The notes under the pieces are model-generated. The model was not told the origin of the DNA. It saw only the letters and a list, made by a program, of their open reading frames with translations, and made no database searches. Below are positions 13,788 to 25,900 of a stretch of 64,000 nucleotides of DNA, piece after piece. A program made the translations under genes and the position numbers. Source of the stretch: Lingula anatina (Eukaryota; Animalia; Brachiopoda); the NCBI GenBank assembly GCA_051362555.1, contig CM120643.1:14668644-14732643 (forward strand), written 5' to 3'. Every line of letters starts with the position of its first letter. Within the stretch, counting starts at the first letter, position 1.

Positions 13788-16055
13788 AGAAGCATTATAG
13801 TAAGACAGTCATAAGTGCTAAAACTGTAACCTTTCAAACCAGAGAACTTTACTACTTCTTCTATAATTTTGTATCCAAATTTCTAAAAATATTTCCATAA
13901 AGTAGCATTTAAGCAAAGCAATGATAAAATGGACATTCCCTTAGATGGTGTTGGAAATGATGGTATTTTATCAAGAATTGTTGGTGTGCGAAATATCTAA
14001 AACGTGGTACCCACATGGGTGCTTAATACTTGTATTATACTTATTAATATGGTAGTGAAGGTTTCTCATTTTCATAACTATAATCATATTTACACAATTC
14101 CATACTTAACAGATAATGTACAATGTATCAAAGACATGCAGTAATGCCACGTGGAAATACTGTAAATCAGAAAGTGAATTAACCAAAAATGTAAGCATTA
14201 TCAAAACAAAATAGTTTTATATTACAACCAGTAATTATCAAAAGTGACAAAATGAAGTTAACTTAAGTACAACTATACTGGGGCCAAATGAATCAAAACC
14301 CGACCGACTTTTCTTAAAGTATTCAAATTGATTACTTAATTTTAGAGCTAAATTAGCATGAGCCAGCAAATGGTCTGCAAAAAAGGATTTTCAAAATTGG
14401 TCGACGTATTGCTATATTAAATGGTACCTTGTACCTATTACTGTTCCAATATGATGCCTTTCTCTTGAAAAGCAGATCTTCTGATCCAATAAAATCACTG
14501 ATTAGCATTATTATCATTTTTTTATTGCCCAGATGTAGGAGAATGAGATATTTTTGCATTAAATACAGAAAATAAGACTGAAAGAATATGGTAAAAGGCA
14601 CAGTGGCAAATCCTTGGTGCTAAATACTCTAATATATTTTTCCTATGCCCATATGCATTTTGCAGTTTATTTTTACATTACTGTAATTATTGGAATATGT
14701 GATACATTAACACCTGACCACAAATATATGCTTTTCAATGTGCTCTTGATTTTCAGGAGGAAGGGGGTCCTCTTTCAGTAAAATCTATATTTCTTGTGTC
14801 ATATGACCATTATTTGCCTTCTGTGCCTTTCAATAAGACAAATATTGCAGAAACTCACAGTTACATACCAATTGTGATCTTTTCAATTGTGACACAGCAA
14901 AATTGATGCATGTTGGTACACACTTAAATTCAACTCTATACTAAAGTGTCACTTAAATGGGATCCAATTTTATTGCAACCCCTGTATTAAGACTCCAAAG
15001 TTTGGCAACTAAATAAAAAAAGAAGGCACTTTAACTGAGAATACTGAATAATAGCATATTTAACTCAATAAATGAAAAATCAATCATAAATATATGATAT
15101 GTGTTAGGGAAAGTTTGTATTTGTCATACAGCTGATATAGCATGAGTAACAGATGTCTTAGTAACATGTTCTTCTTGGATCAAACTCTGATATGCCCAAT
15201 CTCACAGAGATTTAATTTAATTTACACTATCTCTTTCCACATATTTTCTAAAATATTAAAAATCGATCACGTCACTAGAGAATACAGCTGAGCAATTCTA
15301 GGTCAAGGCCACTCTTAGCTGACCTTGACATCAATATCATGAAAACATTTCAAATACACACAGTGCAATAAAAAATATTAGAAAATAATGGAACTGGCAC
15401 ATCATCATCATCTTCTTCGCCACATGCGTATTCACACTATTTACTACTTATCAAACAAACATTTGAAAAATAAAATGTACAAATCCTACCACCCATCTCA
15501 CCATGCCACTCACCAAGTTATTCAGAATCTAACATTTTCATTAAGCCTTTAAAAAATTGTCAAGACATCTACATATCTAGGGCACTGGCATCCACATTTT
15601 TCATGCTGCATTCTAAACAAGCCAAACCACATCACTATTATCACTTCATTATCAATAAGACATAGGTAGCGCCTCTCATGCAGTAGTCTAACTAAGCGAT
15701 CTATCCAATATATTCACCTCATTTTTTGGTGTATAGCATGACAAGTTCCCTAAACCATCACAGATGTGTTTTCTACAGTGAAAATTGATATAATTATGTT
15801 TTGGTCACAGCCAGAAGAGGCCTTGTTAGTCTAACTAACACGCATGGTAGTATCAAAGATATGACATATGACACAGTCATTTTTTTTTTTTTTATGAAAA
15901 AATACCTGCCAAACTAGGGGCAGGTCTTTGAAAAAAAGATAATGACAGAATATCTTAATCATAGTGTTTTCAAACCAGACTTAAACCAATCCTGGTCCCC
16001 GCTTCTCAAATAATCTTAATCCGTAGTTGACTAGGATGTGTACAAGTCTCCAAGA

Positions 16056-16155
16056 GAGTGCTGTAAAACTGTTCCTGATAGGGTGAGATGTGTGCATTTG
16101 TCCATGAGTGCTGTAACACTGTTCCTGATAGGGTGAGATGTGTGCATGTGTCCAT
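16056..16155. repeat. 50-bp tandem duplication
   Basis: GAGTGCTGTAA(A/C)ACTGTTCCTGATAGGGTGAGATGTGTGCAT(T/G)TGTCCAT occurs twice. Confidence 0.9.
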
Positions 16156-16390
16156 GTCCATGTTGGTAACAAAGATGTTAGCCAGAGAACTGACTTTTTT
16201 TTTTTTTTTTTTTTGGAGGGGGGGTTAATCCTGACCTGGTCTAGGTTCACATGACATCACCAGCTGAGAAGACAAGCTAGGCATACACCAGTTAGCCAAT
16301 GAATTAATTCTCTTTGACAAAAGTGCTGAATCCAACAAAGAGCAGCTGTGTGGAGGGGTGAATTCAGTTAACTTCCAACAAGCATAGACA

Positions 16391-16511
16391 CAGGGATGAG
16401 ACTATCATTTAAGGAAAGTCTGAAAATATGGTCTGGGTCGTCTACACCATTGATATTTTTGGCTCCCAAAAAGTCAAAAATTCCACGATAGTCAGACAAA
16501 TCTCATCTCTG
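16391..16511. mobile_element. Degenerate short TIR element; related copy at 25884-25994
   Basis: CAGGGATGAGA..TCTCATCTCTG termini; both copies share ATATTTTTGGCTCCCA..GTCA.AAATT. Confidence 0.5.
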
Positions 16512-16905
16512 TAGACAACAATAACACTGATAAATTGATTGGCTCATCTAATGATGTCATATAGATCTAAACCTGGACAGTTGTAAGTATGTGTGTGAAG
16601 ACACCTTAAGTTGTACTTTCGAGATTATTCTGTACTTTAGATATGAACTGCAGAATCACCACTAAAATAGTCTGTGACTGATTACAAATGATAGACCCTG
16701 AGTGATCTTTTACTAGGATCAACCCTAGGGCACATGAGGTCTGAGCTGGACTGGTATATAAAAAGAAACAGCCATACGTCTTGCACATGAATTTTTGACC
16801 TGTTCATGCAATGGTGCTTTCATGAGCAGTAAGTTTCACGCCAAGCAACTGAAAGGAATGTTCACAAAGTAAATCTTGTCAAGAACAACCCTTCTTGCAT
16901 TGCTA

Positions 16906-19900
16906 TTATTCAACAGACTGTATCAGCAATTTGAGCTCTCTGAATGTACTGCCCAGCTTCCCCTCCACGTTCTGCTTCCCATCGACAATATCACGCACGT
17001 CCATTAGGTATTTAAAGCAGCCTCTGCAGCGTCGTAATCTGCAAAACAGGAATAAACTAGAGGATCAGAGAGGCGATACCGCCTCCGAATATTGTACCAC
17101 CAGCTGGAGCAAGCGCATTCATATAGACCCCCACATATACAAAATAAGGAACACAGCCACCAGTCTTGTGCTTGACAAGCTGTAAAAATGCAATCAACAA
17201 GAATTTTCAAAATATGCAAAAAATATATATATTACTAAAAATGGTACAATCAAAGTTAAGTTCATCGCAAGGTAGGTCAAAGGTCAATTCCAAGGTCACA
17301 GTAAATTGCCAGTATATGACTTCCTATTCAACTTCAATAGTAACTATGGGCCTATCTCTGCCAGGTTTGGAGTGAAAAGAGAAAGAAATTAGCAGAGTTC
17401 AGTTCATGATAATAAGTAGGTCAAAGGTCAATTTCAAGGTCACACTTAGATTGCCAGTATATGACTTCCTATTCACGTTCAATAGTAACTATGGACCTAT
17501 CTCTGCCAGTTTTGGAGATAAAGGTGAAGCAAACTATGCAAAGTTCAGTTCATGGTGAAAAGTAGGTCAAAGGTCAATTTTAAGGTCACATTTAGATTGC
17601 CAGTATATGACTTCCTATTCAACTTCAATAGTAACTATGGACCTATCTCTGCCAGTTTTGGAGATAAAAGGGAAGCAAAATTTGCAAAGTTCAGTTCATG
17701 GTGAAAAGTAGGTCAAAGGTCAATTTTAAGGTCACATTTAGATTGCCAGTATATGACTTCCTATTCAAGTTCAATAGAAACTATGGACCTATCTCTGCCA
17801 GTTTTGGAGATAAAAGTGAAGCAAAATTTGCAAAGTTCAGTTCATGGTGAAAAGTAGGTCAAAGGTCAATTTTAAGGTCACATTTAGATTGCCAGTATAT
17901 GACTTCCTATTCAAGTTCAATAGTAACTATGGACCTATCTCTGCCAGTTTTGGAGATAAAAGTGAAGCAAAATTTGCAAAGTTCAGTTCATGGTGAAAAG
18001 TAGGTCAAAGGTCAATTTTAAGGTCACATTTAGATTGCCAGTATATGACTTCCTATTCAACTTCAATAGTAACTATGGACCTATCTCTGCCAGTTTTGGA
18101 GATAAAAGGGAAGCAAAATTTGCAAAGTTCAGTTCATGGTGAAAAGTAGGTCAAAGGTCAATTTTAAGGTCACATTTAGATTGCCAGTATATGACTTCCT
18201 ATTCAAGTTCAATAGAAACTATGGACCTATCTCTGCCAGTTTTGGAGATAAAAAGGAAGCAAAATTTGCAAAGTTCAGTTCATGGTGAAAAGTAGGTCAA
18301 AGGTCAATTTTAAGGTCACATTTAGATTGCCAGTGTATGACTTCCTATTCAAGTTCAATAGTAACTATGGACCTATCTCTGCCAGTTTTGGAGATATAAG
18401 GGACTAAATGTTATAATTTTGGAGTTACCATAATGTGCCATAAATTTCCTACAAAAAAAAATTAATTAAAATAAAGAAAAGGTCATTTTGGTCAAAATTC
18501 TTGAAATGGGAGGTGCTCTGAAGTTCCAGATGTTCAAATTTGATGAAATAATGTCATTTTTGACCACAAGTTGTCTGCTTTGCCAAGCCTTATGTTTTAT
18601 TTTTCCGGAGTTCAAAATTTATTATCCATTACCGTACTGCACATTTTGCTTTCACCACCAATATGTACTTTTTGATACAGCGTAACTCGAAAACCGTATG
18701 GAATACAAAAAAACGGAGACCACCTCCAGTGTTGGGCTTTACATGCTCTACAAAATGCAAAAAAGAATGGGTGTCTAGCATTAACGGTTCCCGAATTAGA
18801 GACAGTTTTCAGTTTTGATATCTTATGGCCGCTACTCCCGTGAAAATGCACCGATTGACCCCAAATTCACGGAGATGAAAGATGACCTGAAGGGTAACAC
18901 TTTCCATTAATATTATTAGTCAAGTCTGTGTGGTGTCTGAATAAGACCGCAAATAATTTTTTTTTCGGCAAAAATTTTGTTTTTTTGAAAATTTTGGCCC
19001 GTTTGACCTTAAAATAAAGGTCAAAGGTCAAATCCAAGGGCATATTTGAAATCTACACATATGACTTTTGGAAAGCTGTCTGTAGAAATTTTTCCCATAA
19101 TTCCTTCTGTAGGGGAGATAATTAGCATTTAATTTTGCCATTTTTGGACAAGGGTGCATTGCAATGAGTGCCACACCTAGACCCCAATACCGACAAAGCC
19201 CAAATTTTACGTGGAACGAGTTGAGATTATAGGTGACCTAAATCCAAGAGATGGGTATGGAGGCCCTTACCGTCTAGGAGGAGAAGCGGTAACGGTGACT
19301 TGGCGGCGGAGCCGCAGGAGCCGCAGGAGCCGCAGGAGCCGCAGGAGCCGGCGGAACATACGGGTCGGGACTAAAACCATGTGTACCGCCAGCGCCTACG
19401 CTGGTGGTACAATAAAGAGAGTGACGCTGACCATGTGGCCGTGCAGCTGACGCCTGTAGGTAACCATCTTGGAGATGTTAGAGACTACCTGATAGGCCAG
19501 TTTGAAGAGTCCTGGGTTCTGAAGAACCAATCACAGTTCAGAATGCAAAACAGTGTGCATATCCATTTCTCATCACTCCAGTAAAGACATAAGTAACTGT
19601 ACTTCCCTAAAAGTACTGCCCATTTTTCCTTGGACATGTGACTTGCTGTCTAAAGTTGATCGAATGTCCATTAAATTGTTAAAGCAGCTCTTGCATTTAC
19701 GTATTCTGGAAGACAGAAAGGGTTATTCTGGGTTATAGTGACAGACACCACAATTCAAAGTGACTCAGAGTGAAACTATTCATAACAGGACTAAAATTTT
19801 ACAATGACTAGTTCCAATACACAAGCAATGAAATTCTTGAATTTTTTTATAGTGTGCGACCGTCTTATCCCCTGTCTGAAGAAGGACATGGAATAACATG

Positions 19901-22900
19901 ACTTCAAGCTAACAAAACATTTATAACTTTCAGTGCTTGTATTTAAAGAACTTCATGTTATACAATAATACACACACCTGCTAATACTCTCTCTATTTAC
20001 ATAGACATATTCTATTTCTCTTCACACAGGCTATGACTACTTCTATTCACATGGGTCAAGACTATTTCTATTCACACAAAACAACTGTAGACTAGAGGAT
20101 CAGAGAGGCGATACCGCCTCCGAATATTGTACCACCAGCTGGAGCAAGCGCATTCGTATAGACCCCCACATACACAAAATAAGGGACACAGCCACCAGTC
20201 TTATGCTTGACAAGCTATAAAAATGCAATCAACAAGAATTTTCAAAATACGCAAAAAATATATATAACTTAAAATGGTACAATCAAAGTTAAGTTAAGGT
20301 AGGTCAAAGGTCAATTTCAAGGTCACAGTAAATTGACTTTCTATTCAACTACAATAGCAGTGTAACTTTGGAGATAAAAGGGAAGCAAAATTTGCAAAGT
20401 TCAGTTCATGATGAAAAGTAGGTCAAAGGTCAATTTCAAGGTCCTATTAAGATTGCCAGTATATGACTTCCTATTCAACTTCAATAGTAACTATGGACCT
20501 ATCTCTGCCAGTTTTGGAGATAAAAGGGAACCAAAATTTGCAAAGTTCAGTTCATGGTGAAAAGTAGGTCAAAGGTCAATTTTAAGGTCACATTTAGATT
20601 GCTAGTATATGACTTCCTATTCAACTTCAATAGTAACTATGGACCTATCTCTGCTAGTTTTGGAGATAAAAGGGAAGCAAATTTTCCAAAGTTCAGTTCA
20701 TGGTGAAAAGTAGGTCAAAGGTCAATTTCAAGGCCACATTTAAATTGCCAGTATATGACTTCATATTCAAGTTCAATAGAAACTATGGACCTATCACTGC
20801 CAGTTTTGGAGATAAAAGGGAGGCAAAATTTGCAAAGTTCAGTTCATGGTGAAAAGAAGGTCAAAGGTCAATTTCAAGGTCACAGTAAGATATCCAGTAC
20901 ATGACTTCCTATTCAACTTCAATAGTAACTATGGACCTATCTCTGCCAGTTTTGGAGACTAAATGTTATAATTTTGGAGTTGCCATAATGTGCCATAAAT
21001 TTCCTACGGAAAAAATTAATTAAAATAAAAAAAAGGTCATTTTGGTAAAAATTCCTGAAATGGGAGGTGCTCTGAAGTTTCAGATGTTCAAATTTGATGA
21101 AATAATGTCATTTTCGAACACAAGTTGCCTGCTTTGCCTAGCCTTATGTTTTATTTTTCCAGAGTTCAAAATTTATTATCCATTACCGTACTGCACATTT
21201 TGCTTTAACCACCAAAATGTACTTTTTGATACAGCGTAACTTTGCAGATAAAAGGGAAGCAAAATTTGCAAAGTTCAGTTCATGATGAAAAGTAGGTCAA
21301 AGGTCAATTTCAAGGTCACAGTAAGATTGCCAGTATATGACTTCCTATTCAAGTTCAATAGTAACTATGGACCTATCTCTGCCAGTTTTGGAGATAAAAG
21401 GGAACCAATATTTGCAAAGTTCAGTTCATGGTGAACAGTAGGTCAAAGGTCAATTTTAAGGTCACATTTAGATTGCTAGTATATGACTTCCTATTCAACT
21501 TCAATAGTAACTATGGACCTATCTCTACTAGTTTTGGAGATAAAAGGGAAGCAAATTTTCCAAAGTTCAGCTCATGGTGAAAAGTAGGTCAAAGGTCAAT
21601 TTCAAGGCCACATTTAGATTGCCAGTATATGACTTCATATTCAAGTTCAATAGAAACTATGGACCTATCTCTGCCAGTTTTGGAGATAAAAGGGAGGCAA
21701 AATTTGCAAAGTTCAGTTCATGGTGAAAAGTAGGTCAAAGGTCAATTTCAAGGTCACAGTAAGATATCCAGTACATGACTTCCTATTCAACTTCAATAGT
21801 AACTATGGACTTATCTCTGCCAGTTTTGGAGATATAAGGGACTAAATGTTATGATTTTGGAGTTGCCATAATGTGCCATAAATTTCCTACGGAAAAAATT
21901 AATTAAAATAAAGAAAAGGTCATTTTGGTAAAAATTCCTGAAATGGGAGGTGCTCTGAAGTTTCAGATGTTCAAATTTGATGAAATAATGTCATTTTCGA
22001 ACACAAGTTGCCTGCTTTGCCTAGCCTTATGTTTTATTTTTCCGGAGTACAAAATTTATTATCCATTACCGTACTGCACATTTTGCTTTAACCACCAAAA
22101 TGTACTTTTTGATACAGCGTAACTTTGCAGATAAAAGGGAAGCAAAATTTGCAAAGTTCAGTTCATGATGAAAAGTAGGTCAAAGGTCAATTTCAAGGTC
22201 ACAGTAAGATTGCCAGTATATGACTTCCTATTCAAGTTCAATAGTAACTATGGACCTATCTCTGCCAGTTTTGGAGATAAAAGGGAACCAATATTTGCAA
22301 AGTTCAATTCATGGTGAAAAGTAGGTCAAAGGTCAATTTTAAGGTCACATTTAGATTGCCAGTATATGACTTCCTATTCAAGTTCAATAGTAACTATGGA
22401 CCTATCTCTGCCAGTTTTGGAGATAAAAGGGAAGCAAAATTTGCAAAGTTCAATTTATGGTGAAAAGTAGGTCAAAGGTCAATTTCAAGGTCACAGTAAG
22501 ATTGCCAGTATATGACTTCCTATTCAACTTCAATAGTAACTATGGACCTATCTCTGCCAGTTTTATAGATATAAGGGACTAAATGTTATAATTTCGGAGT
22601 TACCTTAATGTGCCATAAATTTCCTACAGAAAAAATTAATTAAAATAAAGAAAAGGTCATTTTGGTCAAAATTCTTGAAATGGGAGGTGCTCTGAAGTTC
22701 CAGAAGTTCAAATTTGATGAAATAATGTCATTCTTGAACACAAGTTGTCTGCTTTGCCAAGCCTTATGTTTTATTTTTCCAGAGTTCAAAATTTATTATC
22801 CATTACCGTACTGCACATTTTGCTTTCACCACCAATATGTACTTTTTGATACAGCGTAACTCGAAAACCGTATGGAATACAAAAAAACCGAGACCACTTC

Positions 22901-25900
22901 CAGTGTTGGGCTTTACATGCCCTACAAAATGCAAAAAAGAATGGGTCTCTAGCATTAACGGTTCCCGAATTACAGACAGTTTTCAGTTTCGGTAACTTAT
23001 GGCCGCTACACCCGTGAAAATGCACCGATTGACCCCAAATTCACACAGATGAAAGATGACCTGAAGGGTAATATTTTCCAATAATTTTATTGGTTAAGTC
23101 TGTGTGGTGTCTGAATAACAGCGCAAATAAATTTTTTTTCGTAAAAAAATTCATTTTTTTGAAAATTGTTGCCCGTTTGACCTTGAAATAAAGGTCAAAG
23201 GTCAAATCCAAGGGCATATTTGAAATCTACACGTATGACTTTTGGAAAGCCGTCTGTAGAAATTTTTCCCATAATTCCTTCCGTAGGGTAGATAATTAGC
23301 ATTTAATTTTGCCATTTTTGGACAAGGGTGCATTGCAATGAGTGCCACACCTAGACCCCAATACCGATAAAGCCCAAATTTTACGTGGAACGAGTTGAGA
23401 TTATAGGTGACCTAAATCCAAGAGATGGGTATGGGGGCCCTTACCGTCTAGGAGGAGAAGCGGTAACGGTAACATGGCGGCGGAGCCGGCGGAGCCGGCG
23501 GAGCCGCAGGAGCCGGCGGAACGGACCGGACGGGACCAAAACCATGTGTACCGCCAGCGCTAACGCTGGTGGTACAATAACTTTGAGTATCATTTATTAC
23601 ACAAAAAGAGTGCTGTTATTAATTATAGAATTGGTATTGTCTTAATGTGTTGGAGGTGACACATTGCATTGTGGTTACCCTCTGGTGGGAGTTTTTGTGA
23701 AGTGATGTAAGGAATCCATGTTGATGAAGACGTGTATTGATAATTAAGTAACAGTTGTGCCCCTTTGTATGGCATTTTGTTACATGAACAATGTGAAAGT
23801 TCTCAGTGCATGACTTCATTTGTGCCGTGAGCCAGAATACAAACATGGATTAGCCAGTTCAAGAGTGATGTTGAAAGAATAGGGTTCAAAGAAGAACAAT
23901 ATCAAGTATATGTGGATAAAAGAGCCAGTTCAAAAGTGATGTTGAAAGAATAGGGTTCAAAGGAGAACAATTTCAAGTACATGTGGATTGAGCGTGAGAT
24001 GAGGATGGAAAGAAGACAACTGTAACAGAAGCAGATGGAGCTTGAGAGGATGAAATTGCAACTGGAGCTCAGTAAAAGTCATAGAGAAGTACCAAGAGAA
24101 GCACCAGTGGCAGAAGATTGCCCAAATTACAACTAGCTACTTTCTCCAGTGATGTGATGGAATTGATCAAACAAAGATAAAAGAACTGAAATATAATATG
24201 AACTGATGAACTATTTGAACTGTTAGGATTATACTATGAACTATCAAAGAATACTGTGGAATTATTGTTGGAGCAGTGGGTGTTCCAGTGTAAACTGTAA
24301 AAAGTGCATTTTGTTGACTTTATATGACATTTAATATAAAAAGACTGGATATGGGCTTGGTTAATTACCTTAATAGATTTATTGCACTAAAAGTATTAAT
24401 TTGTATGAATTTTGTGGGGAGTATGTTATGAATTACAGAAATCGTAAACAGTTGTGTCCTTTTGTATGGCATTTTGTTACATGAGCAAGGCAAAGTCCTC
24501 AGTGTGTGACAAGTGCATTAATACAAGTCTCTGTAAAAGGATCATGAAAATTTGAATTCAAAGACATATTTTCATAGTTTGTTATATTTAGATGGTTATT
24601 TATGAAATTTTGTCAAAAGAAATTTCTACACAGTGCAGGTCAAGATTTAATTCACTCTTTACATTTCAAAGATTTTAAAATCAGGTAAACACCTTGATAG
24701 AATGTTTTCTACCACCTGATAGGCTGTACTGGAGAGTATTTGACTCCATGCAACCAATCGCATTTTAGAATAAAAAAATCTCACCTTTCTTCCCGCGTTA
24801 TGTCCACTCCTATTGAAGGGGGGGCATTAACTGTCTCCTTAATCACAGGTCCAAAGTTCTTTAATACTAACTTTAAAGCTGAGCAGCCACAGTGGACATA
24901 ACTAAATAACAAAAACAAAACGGTTTCAAAATCAAAACCAAAAGACAATTGTTACAGTTTGTATTTAATGTATGGTTTCTGATTTCACAGATGCTATGTA
25001 GATCAGGAAAGTAGTTTGCTGAACTAAGTTTGAAAACATTATTCTCTGGCCAAAAACAGCTTTTTTGTTATGACAAAGCAAAAGTGTATTCTGGTTTTTA
25101 CTACGTACTATACTTTGGTATTTACAATGTAAATACTATTGATATCAAGATTTCAGTAATTTTTGGTCTCCAAGATCTGAACCATTTCACTGATTAAGTT
25201 ACCTTTCATATTTGCTGTTAATAAGGTCCTTGAGGTGGGGCAGCATTCCAAGACACACGTCCAGGTTCCAAAGGGCTCTACCACATAAAAACAATGACAT
25301 ATCTCAGTGTGTTAACATACTAGACTGGGTTCCCATACCCAGATCGATCTAACAGGATCGGTCCATCTCCAAGAGGTTTCTGGCTAAATTGCTTTCAGGT
25401 TAAGCGGCTTAGATGTCTAGCATGCCTATTTAAGCTGCTCACCGATAGTTAATTACACCCTATCAGATTCAGTAGGTGTGACAGACATATAAGCCACTTA
25501 AGTTGATTGCAATTTAGTGAGAATCCCCTAGGAGATAGATCGACCCAAAGTTAGTATGATAGGGTCTGGGAATGGTCCCCTAGACTGGACTGGACTGAAT
25601 TGGATTCACACTATAAGGAAACATTTCTTTAAGCTGAACAGCTTCATAATTGTTATCAAAGTTTTTTTTAATTAAACCGACCACAGATTTGACAAGAAAA
25701 GTAAAACATATCACATCTTCCTCAGCAAAATTAGAATAATTACATTTGGTTAAAATTAACTAGAATAAGCCCAACTAGAGACAGAGCACACTAATACAAA
25801 ATCTGTTTTAGACCAATTGCAAAATCATTTTAATTAAGTCAACTATTCATTTGATAAAAACAGGAATATAGTTAAATTATTCCCAGGGACGAGACTGCCA

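Noticed and set aside
19211-19450. RRS-repeat ORF (also 23385-23645) resembling a protamine or SR protein
   Set aside because: It is the translation of the element's 9-bp microsatellite, with a GTG start and no gene structure.
17275-22580. Regular repeats resembling a CRISPR array
   Set aside because: Monomers are contiguous 146-bp units without unique spacers, there are no cas genes, and the context is a eukaryotic intron.
18488-22859. Four near-identical 65-aa ORFs ([13 protein letters not shown]..) resembling a gene family
   Set aside because: TTG-start ORFs in the duplicated HINE core; the similarity reflects DNA duplication and no domain is recognisable.
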